Of a stretch of 64,000 bases of DNA, positions 28,776 through 38,041 are shown piece by piece. The translations under genes were made by a program, and so were the position numbers. The stretch covers positions 831 through 64,830 of the forward strand of contig JAGYNR010000003.1 of NCBI GenBank assembly GCA_018399715.1, in the 5' to 3' direction. Below the pieces are notes generated by a model. It saw only the letters and a program-made list of their open reading frames with translations. It made no database searches and was not told the origin of the DNA. Origin of the DNA: Desulfobacterales bacterium (GTDB lineage Bacteria > Desulfobacterota > Desulfobacteria > Desulfobacterales > SKZT01). How positions within the stretch are numbered: the stretch's first letter is position 1; each line of letters opens with the position of its first letter.

Positions 28776-30233
28776 ATGAAAAGATCACTTTTTCATATGG
28801 CTTTAATGGCTGCAACCCTGCTGATACTGGTGGGGCCGGTTGGGTCCGTTTCGGGGGAGGCATACGAACCGATGGGAACTGAAGATTCAGAAATCATACC
28901 CAGCCAGGTTGAGTTACAGCTGATGGCAAAAATTAACGAGGCGAGAAAAAATCCGCTTCAGACCGTGGCCGGACTCGGTCTTGATCCTCAAACGGTTCTG
29001 CAGCAGCGGCCCGAGTTAAAAGAGATTCTCATTAACGGGTTACCCCCTTTGGAGATTAATGAAAATCTTTATACGGCCGCTGAAATGCATACCCGGGATA
29101 TGCTGGCACAACACTATTATTCAAGTACTTCTGCGGATGGCCGGACGGTTTCGGACAGAATGATCGAAAGCGGCTATATGCCCACAGCCTGCGGGGAAAA
29201 TCTGGGGATGCTGGCATTCATTCATTTTCTGCCGCCGGAGAAGGCGGTAGCGTTAATTTTTGAAAACATGCTGCGTGATGAGCTGAGTCCGGATCAAAAA
29301 CGCCCTGTCAATATTTTGAATCCGAATTTTAAAGACATCGGTGTGTATCTCGGAACCGGATCGTGGGTTCTGGAATCCACAAAATACAATGTCTATTTGG
29401 CGAGCTGTGATTTTGGAAACGACGGCGTAACGTATTCTGACCAGGTTTTAATCGCCTTAATCAACCAGGCGCGGCACAACCCCGTCAAAATAGCGGAAGC
29501 ACTGGGAATGGACAAGGGAAAGCTCTTTGAAAACCGGCTGGATTTGGTTTCTGTTTTGAGCCATGGTCTGTCCCCGGTCACCCTTAATCATGGTCTTTAC
29601 AATGCTGCCAGGGGACATGTACGGGACATGCTGGAAAAAGGGTATGTGTCACACATTTCACCTGATGGTAAAACACCGGAAGACAGACTGGCTGAGCAGG
29701 ATTATGAGGCTATTACCTGCGGAGAAGCCATCGGCTCTGTCATATCCGGCAGCATTGATATTTCCCATATTGCACTGGAAATGTTATTTGAAAAGCAATT
29801 TCATGCAGAATTTACCCACAATTCAATTAAAGACCTGGTGATTTTAAATCCGGATTATAACGAGATCGGCGTGGGATTCCAAAGTAAAAAAACCGTTAAT
29901 GCCGGTAGTGCTGCTGAAGAGAATAACTCCATAGTTGTTTTTGATCTGGCCAACAGAATAATTGAAAAACCATGCTTTTTTGGGGTTGTTTACAGGGATA
30001 TCGATTCGGATGGAAATTACGGTCCGGGCGAAGGTATTGCCAATATTAAGGTGCAAATCGTTGATGAATTGAAAACCATTGTAAATGAAATGGAAACCGA
30101 TTTAAGTGGTAGTTTTTATGCTGAAATCGAACCGGATTGCTATACCGCACGGGTCATTTGCCATGATACGGCATATGAAAAAAAATTTGAAATCAATGAG
30201 CTTAACCGCTTTATTGAAATGCAGGTCCAATAA
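28776..30233 (+). CDS. Secreted protein with two CAP/SCP (PR-1-like) domains and a C-terminal Cna-B/CarboxypepD_reg-like beta-sandwich
   Basis: Signal peptide MKRSLFHMALMAATLLILVGPVGSVSG. Duplicated blocks (HTRDMLAQHYYSSTSADGRTVSDRMIESGY...CGENLG and HVRDMLEKGYVSHISPDGKTPEDRLAEQDY...CGEAIG). C-terminus VVYRDIDSDGNYGPGEG. Confidence 0.7.
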   Translation: MKRSLFHMALMAATLLILVGPVGSVSGEAYEPMGTEDSEIIPSQVELQLMAKINEARKNPLQTVAGLGLDPQTVLQQRPELKEILINGLPPLEINENLYTAAEMHTRDMLAQHYYSSTSADGRTVSDRMIESGYMPTACGENLGMLAFIHFLPPEKAVALIFENMLRDELSPDQKRPVNILNPNFKDIGVYLGTGSWVLESTKYNVYLASCDFGNDGVTYSDQVLIALINQARHNPVKIAEALGMDKGKLFENRLDLVSVLSHGLSPVTLNHGLYNAARGHVRDMLEKGYVSHISPDGKTPEDRLAEQDYEAITCGEAIGSVISGSIDISHIALEMLFEKQFHAEFTHNSIKDLVILNPDYNEIGVGFQSKKTVNAGSAAEENNSIVVFDLANRIIEKPCFFGVVYRDIDSDGNYGPGEGIANIKVQIVDELKTIVNEMETDLSGSFYAEIEPDCYTARVICHDTAYEKKFEINELNRFIEMQVQ

Positions 30234-30263
30234 ATAAGTATGGCGTTTTTTTCGGAAAAAATA

Positions 30264-30292
30264 TTGACAACGATTTATGTTGCCGGTACATA
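30264..30292 (+). promoter_or_regulatory. Candidate sigma-70 promoter with about 150-nt leader for the Cys-rich protein gene
   Basis: TTGACA (30264-30269), 17 nt, TACATA (30287-30292). The -10 is imperfect. Confidence 0.3.
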
Positions 30293-30443
30293 TAAGTATA
30301 TTTAATTTTTTAGTTTGTCTTAACTTTATGGGAAGAAAGGAGGGGATAGGAAAACATAAAGCGTTTTAGAGTGTAAAAAATATTGAAATCATTTAATTTA
30401 GTTGATGAGCGTTCAGGTTTAAAAATTGTTAAAGGAGGAAAGA

Positions 30444-31658
30444 ATGAAGAAATTTTTGTTTTTGGGTACCATGATGCTGGCCGTGCTGGCGTTCTCATTT
30501 ACCGCCGTCGCCGATGAGGTGGATTGCGGCAAATGTAAAAATTTTGGTTTAGCAGATATGGGCTGCCCGACCGGTGTTCAGGATGAGTGTGAGGCAACCC
30601 CGGTAGATTGGCCGAATATATATTTCCCCATCTGTGACTGCGAAGATGCCAATACCAATTTCAGGCAGAGTACATTACCGCCTCTTGGTGGTGAAGACTT
30701 GGATGAAAATTATATCGGCGTCAGAATCAAAATCCTCACCCCGGGCGTATATTTCGGCGATGCCACCGGTGATATAGATTTCTTGGCTTATGAAAGCGAA
30801 AGTGCTCTATGCGCGGATGTTGGTAAATATACGGGTGATTTTAAACAGGGCAGTTTTTCGGTTGTGTACTATGATGATTTAAATTGTATCCCCGGTGATG
30901 AACTTGATGAGGATGATATCAATGGTGTGGGGCTTGATTGCGAACTTGAGCCTAATGAGAAGGCTGTTTCATTGGCTACAAGGGGAGACACCGCTGCTAA
31001 TGTTGCAGATACTTTTTTCCTGATGCCGGATGCGGATGAAACAAAAATAGTCACTGCGCCGTATACCGCTGCTGATTATGAAAACTGGGCCGGTTATTCC
31101 TACTGGGCCATAGAAATTCCAACTTTAAGATATGATGCCAGTGAAGTGATGTCCTATGGATATCAGGCGGAAAAAGTTCTGATTAAAATTGAGCTGGTTG
31201 CCCCGGGTGTCGGCGGTATATGCCAGGGTCCCTGTAATGTTATCTGCGAGTGTACGGTTGAAGTCGCGGAAATATGTCCTGACGAATATGGCTGCCTGGT
31301 GTTCCCGTATGTCATAACCCAGTATACCCCCTGGATTACAGGTATTGCTGTTAATAATGTCGGAGCACTGCCCGCATCGCAAATGGAAGCTACCTTTATT
31401 ATCACCGATGCTGACGGAAATCAGTTTTCTTATACGAAAGATGATTTTTCAAAGCGTAACTGGAGCAATGTTGTGGATTCCATGCTGGGTGATTTTGATG
31501 GAACGCCTGCTGCCGGAAATGCCTGGTTGAAAGTTGTAACCAATTTTAAGGCAGATGGATATTCCTTCCTTACCGATGGTGTATTCGGTGGGTCTACACT
31601 TCCCAGGTTCTGTGATAGCCACGGAGATATTAAGATCCCTTGTTGTACTAACTACTAG
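30444..31658 (+). CDS. Secreted Cys-rich protein (18 Cys in mature part) ending in one copy of the FP(H/Y)-W-TG-N module
   Basis: Signal peptide MKKFLFLGTMMLAVLAFSFTAVA. GGAGG RBS 5 nt before the ATG. Clusters CGKC, CDC, CQGPCNVICEC, PCC. C-terminal LVFPYVITQYTPWITGIAVNN...IITDADG. Confidence 0.7.
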   Translation: MKKFLFLGTMMLAVLAFSFTAVADEVDCGKCKNFGLADMGCPTGVQDECEATPVDWPNIYFPICDCEDANTNFRQSTLPPLGGEDLDENYIGVRIKILTPGVYFGDATGDIDFLAYESESALCADVGKYTGDFKQGSFSVVYYDDLNCIPGDELDEDDINGVGLDCELEPNEKAVSLATRGDTAANVADTFFLMPDADETKIVTAPYTAADYENWAGYSYWAIEIPTLRYDASEVMSYGYQAEKVLIKIELVAPGVGGICQGPCNVICECTVEVAEICPDEYGCLVFPYVITQYTPWITGIAVNNVGALPASQMEATFIITDADGNQFSYTKDDFSKRNWSNVVDSMLGDFDGTPAAGNAWLKVVTNFKADGYSFLTDGVFGGSTLPRFCDSHGDIKIPCCTNY

Positions 31659-31753
31659 AAAACCAAAATTAGTTGCAACAAGCTCTCCAGGTCACATGTT
31701 TTTCAACCATTAAGCAGGCCTGGAAAATGAAAAATTGAAAAACAAACCAAATG

Positions 31754-31792
31754 ATGGGCGGAATTTATTTCAGATTCCGCCCATTTCTTCTG
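31754..31792 (+). terminator. Rho-independent terminator
   Basis: 11-bp perfect stem atgggcggaat / attccgcccat, 9-nt loop, followed by TTCTTCT. Confidence 0.8.
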
Positions 31793-31810
31793 AATGAACC
31801 GAATTCTGTT

Positions 31811-31961
31811 AAATAGTGCCCGAACGAAAACTAGGATTTTTCGTTAAGATCAAGGAAGACAAAAATTTTAATCACAGACATACATTGAGTATTTTGAGGA
31901 TTAAAATTTGAGTCTGACGCAGATATTGGCGAAAAAGACAGTTTTCGTTCAGGCACTAAAT
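31811..31961. repeat. Palindromic intergenic repeat, copy B (inverted relative to copy A)
   Basis: 19-bp terminal inverted repeat tagtgcccgaacgaaaact (31814-31832) / agttttcgttcaggcacta (31940-31958), 1 mismatch. The core (31862-31909) has an 11-bp perfect internal stem aaattttaatc / gattaaaattt. Confidence 0.6.
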
Positions 31962-32108
31962 AAATGGTTAAAAAAATGATTTTAATTTATGATAATTATT
32001 GTTAAATTATGTATAGGTTACAGGCTCCGGAATAAGGCAAAAGAATAAAACAAAAATAGATGATGATATTTTTTATTTAATGCTGTTTATAAAGAGGAAC
32101 ACGGTAAT

Positions 32109-34595
32109 ATGAAAATTAAAGCGTTACTTTTTTTTCTGTTTGGATGGTTTTTATGGTTAGCCCCGTCAACTTATTCTTTTGCATTATCCGGGGGGCCGGA
32201 TGGATTCGGGTATATGTATGAGGATTCCGGACTTGAAAACTGGACGGACATATCCAAATCCGGAACCCATTTGAATGTAGTCAAAGATACCATCAGTGAT
32301 CCGGTTTGGATGGGTTTTGATTTTGAATTTTATGGAAATACTTATAGTGATGTGAGTGTTGCCAGCAACGGACTAATAACCTTCAGTCCGAAGTCTTATC
32401 GCAGGGGATATACATCGGGACAGGAAATTCCTACACCCGGGGGGTATGCGGATAATTTTATCGCCGGATTATGGGACTATCTTTCCCCCAATCACACATG
32501 AGGGGTTGAAAATTTGTATTATGAAACCCGGGGGGTTCCAGGAACGCGTCAATTTATCGTACAATATACCAATGTTATATTTGCAGGCTCTGATACAGAA
32601 AATACCTTTCAGATTATTTTAAATGAAGGCTCCAATGATATAGTGGTAAATTATATAGATGTAACAACCCGACTGAAAGATGGAGAACAAAGGACATTCG
32701 GTGGAATTGAAAATGAAGATGGTACCATTGGGCTTCAGTATGATTTGCTGGATGAAAAAGGAGATTACCAAAATAAATCTGTGCGGTACTTTCCCGGGGT
32801 GGAAACACCGGCTCCCGGCAAAGGAGTTCTTAAAGTCAATTTATTTCCGGAAGAGGCGGTTGAGGCCGGAGCACAATGGCGGCTTTCCGATCAGCGCTGG
32901 CAAGACAGCGGAGCCAGCATAAATGATCTTGAACCCGGCGAATACACGTTGGAATTTCAAGATATCAGCGGATGGGAAACGCCTGCGAATCTTTCGGTTA
33001 ACATTGAAGCTGACGAGATTACCACAAAAGAAGTTACCTATATCCGGGCAACCAGTGAAGATGAAGCTGACGGTCTGAAGGTGTTCATATATCCGGAGGA
33101 GGCTGTGAATGCCGGCGCCAAATGGCGGGTTGATGAGGGTCAGTGGAATGACAGCGGTGTCATCGTTCGCGGCTTGAGCATAGGAGAACATACGGTCAGC
33201 TTTAATACCATTGACGGATGGGATGCCCCGGATGAAATAACCGTCTCTTTGACCCGGCAGTTGCCGATGGCTCCCGGAATTTATACGCTTCCCGAAGAAG
33301 ACAATTTGGAGCAAACCACCTATACACCCAACGATACCACGATAACAAAAAATTCGCTGGTTTTTCCTCATGTCCGTAGCGATAGTACCTGGGAGACCGA
33401 AATAGGGGTGATTAATATCAGCGATACCCAGGAGCTGAACGGTTCTTTTAAATTATATAATAAATATGGCGTCATGGTTTCCGGTTTAGATGCCGTGGTT
33501 ATTTCTCCTCTGGGCAGAAAGGAAGTTACGGTCGGTTTTGATTTTTTATATCCTTATGATGCCTGCTATATCGTGTTTGAGGGTGATCATGAACATCTGG
33601 CCGGCTATATGAGACATTATGCAGATGGCAATTACAGCGTGGCAACTCCCGGTGTCCTGGCTTCCGGGGTTAGCCCCGGGGATATTTTTATTTCTCATAT
33701 TGCCTCACAGGGAACCTGGCAAACATTTATAAGTTTGGTAAACATCAATACGGAGCCGGTTTCTTTGAATATTGAATTTAACAACGGCACTTCAGGACAG
33801 ATTGATATGGATCCGGGAGCTTACCGGTATTTTGCCGTTTCAGATTTGTTTGACGGGCAGGTTCAGCCCGATATTACTTCCGCTGTTATAAAAAATGTTT
33901 CCGGAGTCATCGGAATGGAATTATTTTTAGACAATAGCAGTAAACTGGTAAGTGGCGTGCTTATCGATAACCATACTGCGGACAGACTTTATTTTCCGCA
34001 CATTGCCTTCAGCGAAGGATGGGGAACGGGCATTGTCGTTTATAATCCGTCAGAGACGGCCGCCCAGTTAACCGTTTTAAGTTATGATGCTGAGGGGAGC
34101 ATTCTGGATTCATCGAATATTACTATTCATTCAAACAAAAGATACGCTGGGACCATTGATGATCTTGGACTTCCTCAGTTAACGGAATGGATCCATATTC
34201 AGTCCACTCAGCAAATGATGGGGTTTGAGCTTTTTACAAATACGAACAAGATGGCGGGCTGTAACGGAGTCAATAACAGCCATCAAAACGGCATATTCCC
34301 GAAACTTGAAAAAAACGGTGCCAGCGGTATTGCTTTTGTAAACCCGGAAACGGATCCGGCAAATGTAACCTTAACGGCTTATAATAATGCAGGAGAGCCG
34401 GTCGCTGAAAAATCCCTGACGATTGAACCCAAAAACAAGCTGGTTATGTTTGCACATGATATTTTCAGCCAGAATCTCAAAAATGCTACCTACATCAGAT
34501 ATACTTCAGATCGTCAAATCGTTGGGTTTCAGTTAAATGCCGCTGATGGCGAAGGGATGCTCGACGGGTTGTCAGCCCTGGATATCAGCGAGTAA
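32109..34595 (+). CDS. Secreted multidomain protein interrupted by one in-frame TGA (32499-32501): NIDO-like N-domain, two W-rich beta-sandwich repeats, four FPH-W-T-N modules
   Basis: Track ORFs 32109-32501 and 32514-34595 are in the same frame. Signal peptide MKIKALLFFLFGWFLWLAPSTYSFA. FIAGLWDYL...(TGA)...LYYETRG...FIVQYTNV spans the stop. Confidence 0.6.
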
Positions 34596-37261
34596 TGATG
34601 AAGAGGCTAAGGCGGTTTAAAAGCTTCCTGTTGTCTCAAAACCCGAAGGTATATGGTTGGGCGGTCCTGATACTTTTTATTTTTCCGGTATCCTTTATCA
34701 AAATATATGACTGCGATATCTGGTGGCACATCCAACTGGGCCGAAGTATGCTCGAAAACATGGATTTGCCCGATTACACCCGTTTTTATTTTACCCCTGT
34801 TAACGTTAATTATTCGGATTTACGATATACCTGGTTGGGAGATATTTTTTTTTACGTCCTGCACTACCTGGGTAAAGACTTAAGTCTTCAGCTTCTGGTG
34901 GTGGCTGTGGTCATTTTATCATGTTATCTTCTGTACAGGATTGCCGGTCCGAAATTTAATGCATGGCATCTTTTAACCCTGATGCTGTTTGTGATCGGAA
35001 CCTTTCAAAAACAGCTCATCCGGAATTCCTTATTTGCACTTGTTTTTACGACGCTTATTTTCTGGCTGTGGTGGCAGGTAAGGTACCGGGGAAAAGAAAA
35101 AAAGATATGGTTCTTTCCGGTTCTGATGGGGGTGTGGGGATGTATACATGGCAGCTATTTGCTGGGGTTCGGGGTTATGGCCCTTATTTTTGCGGGGGAT
35201 TGGATTGATACCTTTCGCGGAATCAACCAGGGACGCAAAAAATTGACCTTTCATTATGGAATCGTGACACTGATATCTTTTATTCTGATTGTCGCTTACA
35301 ATCCAATGACAATTCATTATTTCAGGATCAATCAATTAAAGCAGATCTTTTCTCAGGGGGCTGCATCAAAAAAGGTTGTTTATTCAGATGATGATATAAA
35401 AAAGGACTTGTTCCGGCAGCAACCGGAAGAAAGTATTCTTTTGCTGTCCGGCGTTGCAGTTGAAGGGGTTTTCAAAAACGTCAAAACTTTTTTAAATACC
35501 CTCATATTTCAACAGGACAAGGATATTTTACCATCCGGAGATTTTCGTTCTCCGTTTGATTGTTTTTACTGGTTATATGTAAAAGTTTCCTTTTTCATGG
35601 GCTTAATGGGTCTTTTGTTTCTGACCGTTTTTTCGAAGCCGGTAAGGTGTTCCCATCTTTTGCCTTTTTTGGCCATATTGGTGGTTGGATCAGGATATGC
35701 CCGGACAGTCGGGTATATTCCTGTTGCAGCAACATCTGCCGTATTTATTACGGCAAGAAATGAAGAATTTAGCCTTAAAATCAGTGATCAATGGGCCAAA
35801 TGGATAGCCGGTCTGGCATTAATAGCGGTTTACGTTAATCTGGCGACCGGGTACAAAGTCCCTATCGGAACGGATCTCCATATATTCGGGATTGGGAGGA
35901 TACCGACTTATGCCGATGAAAGCGCTCATAAAATTCTCACTGATTTTCCGGAAAAAAAAGTCTTTAACACCATAATGAATGGTGGTTATTTGCTTTATAA
36001 ATGGTATCCGGAAAAAAAAGTTTTTATTGACGGCTTTTTCGCACCCCATCCGTATTCTCTTTTTTTGGATTACGGTAATTGTATCAAAGGAAAAACTGAC
36101 CCGGACGTTTTTCATAAGAAATACGGTGTGGAACTTGCCGTTATTGATCAAATCAGGCGCCCCTTACATAAACAGTTTTTAAAAAGTGATAACTGGCATG
36201 CCCGTTTTATCGATCAGGGGTCGGTTGTTTATGGTTACCAGCCTGATGATACGCTTGTAACCCCAACCCCCGCTATTTTAACCCCTGAACAGCAAATTTT
36301 GAAATTGCCTGTAAAATTTCGAACGCTCTTTGCCCGAAATTTGTTGATGATTCAAAATGATATGGTTAAAAAAGGCAGGCTGAAAGATATCCATCTGTTC
36401 AGAAAAGAGTATGCGAAATTGATCCGGAAAATGGAAAATTTGATGGTCGAGGAATCAAAAACCCTTTATCATTCAATAGATTATTATACAGGAGTATACG
36501 GAACCGTTAATTCAAAAACCATTTCCGATGAAATCGGTCATAATAAGGCATTTAAAGACAACCGGTATGAAAAAGCCGTACATTACGGCATTAAAGTTTT
36601 AGAGAAGATGCCGGAAAGAGTTCCGGTGCTGGTGAATTTATCGGAAATGTTTTCCCGGAATAAAGACGTCAAAAACAGCATAGAGTATCTGGATCGTGCC
36701 TGGGCGGCCCGGAAAAAAGATCCTGGTTTCTGGAGCAGTAACCGCTTTAATATTGCCAGGCTTTGTTTGAAACTTTCATCCTTTGCAAAAAAAAATGGTC
36801 AGTTGTTGACCGCTTACCGGTTGTTGAGCAGAGCCAACAGGACAGACAGTTCGGTAATTTCAAATAATAAATTATATGACATCGGAATTGAATTTGCCAG
36901 GAAAAAAGCCTCTCAGGGACAAGAGATAAAAGCCTATGAAATATTAAAACAAATGGAAATTGATTTCTCAGGTTACGGACGGTTTCATAATCAAATCGCA
37001 TGGTATATTCTGTCGAATAAGGATACGGTTTTCGACGGTCCTGAAGCCGCAAAAAAATATGCTGAAAAAGCGATACGTCTGATGAAAAAAAACAATGATC
37101 CGGATATCGATACCGCCTACCATACCATGGCCGAAGCCTGTTATCAATTAGGAGAATACGACAGGATGCGTGAATTTGAACAAAAAGCCCTGGCGGCCGC
37201 ACCGGATGGCAGAAAGAACTTCTACCAACCGCGGTCAGTTAAGGATCGCGGCAATAAATAA
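34595..37261 (+). CDS. Polytopic (about 12 TM) membrane protein with periplasmic domain and C-terminal TPR repeats; possible GT-C-fold glycosyltransferase
   Basis: DCD in the first periplasmic loop (FIKIYDCDIWWHIQLG), 12 hydrophobic segments in the first ~420 aa, TPR-like C-terminus (AYHTMAEACYQLGEYDRMREFEQKALAAAP). TAATG overlap with the upstream gene. Confidence 0.6.
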   Translation: MMKRLRRFKSFLLSQNPKVYGWAVLILFIFPVSFIKIYDCDIWWHIQLGRSMLENMDLPDYTRFYFTPVNVNYSDLRYTWLGDIFFYVLHYLGKDLSLQLLVVAVVILSCYLLYRIAGPKFNAWHLLTLMLFVIGTFQKQLIRNSLFALVFTTLIFWLWWQVRYRGKEKKIWFFPVLMGVWGCIHGSYLLGFGVMALIFAGDWIDTFRGINQGRKKLTFHYGIVTLISFILIVAYNPMTIHYFRINQLKQIFSQGAASKKVVYSDDDIKKDLFRQQPEESILLLSGVAVEGVFKNVKTFLNTLIFQQDKDILPSGDFRSPFDCFYWLYVKVSFFMGLMGLLFLTVFSKPVRCSHLLPFLAILVVGSGYARTVGYIPVAATSAVFITARNEEFSLKISDQWAKWIAGLALIAVYVNLATGYKVPIGTDLHIFGIGRIPTYADESAHKILTDFPEKKVFNTIMNGGYLLYKWYPEKKVFIDGFFAPHPYSLFLDYGNCIKGKTDPDVFHKKYGVELAVIDQIRRPLHKQFLKSDNWHARFIDQGSVVYGYQPDDTLVTPTPAILTPEQQILKLPVKFRTLFARNLLMIQNDMVKKGRLKDIHLFRKEYAKLIRKMENLMVEESKTLYHSIDYYTGVYGTVNSKTISDEIGHNKAFKDNRYEKAVHYGIKVLEKMPERVPVLVNLSEMFSRNKDVKNSIEYLDRAWAARKKDPGFWSSNRFNIARLCLKLSSFAKKNGQLLTAYRLLSRANRTDSSVISNNKLYDIGIEFARKKASQGQEIKAYEILKQMEIDFSGYGRFHNQIAWYILSNKDTVFDGPEAAKKYAEKAIRLMKKNNDPDIDTAYHTMAEACYQLGEYDRMREFEQKALAAAPDGRKNFYQPRSVKDRGNK

Positions 37262-37345
37262 TCGTGGCGGATAGTCATCGATATTTTCCGCGACTCTTAA
37301 TCTGATTTTATTTATATAGGTCAAGAATGCAAATGGGAGTCATCT

Positions 37346-38041
37346 ATGAAAAAAACAATAAAATTTATTTTTCTGTATTTACCAGCATTTTTTTTCGTAC
37401 TGTATTTTACCTGTCCTGCGGCGGCGTTTATGCCCAACTGGAAACCTGGAGACAGCTGGATTGTTGAGGTTTCCTACGCACGGGCGTTTGGTCCGGAAAA
37501 ATGGTCGGAACCGGTTTACTGGATCTATCGTATTTCTGATGACAAAACACAAGCACAACCCGGTATTATTTTGGAAGCCCGCCATAAAACCGATAATGCT
37601 TTGGGGTTGCGTGTATGGCTTTCCGGTGACCTGGAACCCATTAAAGTTCAGACGTTTCGCAACATCCGGGGAGAAGAGAAGATGATGGAAATTAAACCGG
37701 AACCGGGGTTTCCTGTTTGGATTCATTATACACGCGCTCCCTTTGATTTTCCGGTATTTCCCTTAGATGTTCCCGCAACCGGAACATTTACCAGAATTCG
37801 CCCTTTAAGTAATACCAGCGAGCTCCGGGTGCCAGAAATACTGAAACAGGAAAGTCGGGTAAGTGATGGAATTCCGGAAGGATATGGTTTTGAGCTTCAA
37901 TCCGGTGCCGGGGACATCATAGAAGTGACAGTATTGTCTCAGGAGCAAGAGACGTTGTTTTCTCAGTATTGGGACAAAAACCTCCCCTGGCCCCTATATG
38001 GTGAAAACAAAAACATGAAATACCGTTGGGTGAAAGAATGA
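37346..38041 (+). CDS. Secreted hypothetical protein (231 aa)
   Basis: Signal peptide ...FTCPAAAF, no recognisable motif. Stop overlaps the next start (ATGA). Confidence 0.55.
   Translation: MKKTIKFIFLYLPAFFFVLYFTCPAAAFMPNWKPGDSWIVEVSYARAFGPEKWSEPVYWIYRISDDKTQAQPGIILEARHKTDNALGLRVWLSGDLEPIKVQTFRNIRGEEKMMEIKPEPGFPVWIHYTRAPFDFPVFPLDVPATGTFTRIRPLSNTSELRVPEILKQESRVSDGIPEGYGFELQSGAGDIIEVTVLSQEQETLFSQYWDKNLPWPLYGENKNMKYRWVKE

Noticed and set aside
28400-32108. Sigma-54 (-24 GG / -12 GC, TGGCAC-N5-TTGC) promoters upstream of the island genes, expected because of the adjacent NtrC-type regulator.
   Set aside because: A scan by eye of 28400-28757, 30234-30443 and 31960-32108 found no GG-N10-GC element with acceptable flanks. 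The nearest (tggttctctttgacc, about 28590) has the wrong spacing and lacks the GC. A computational PWM scan is still needed.
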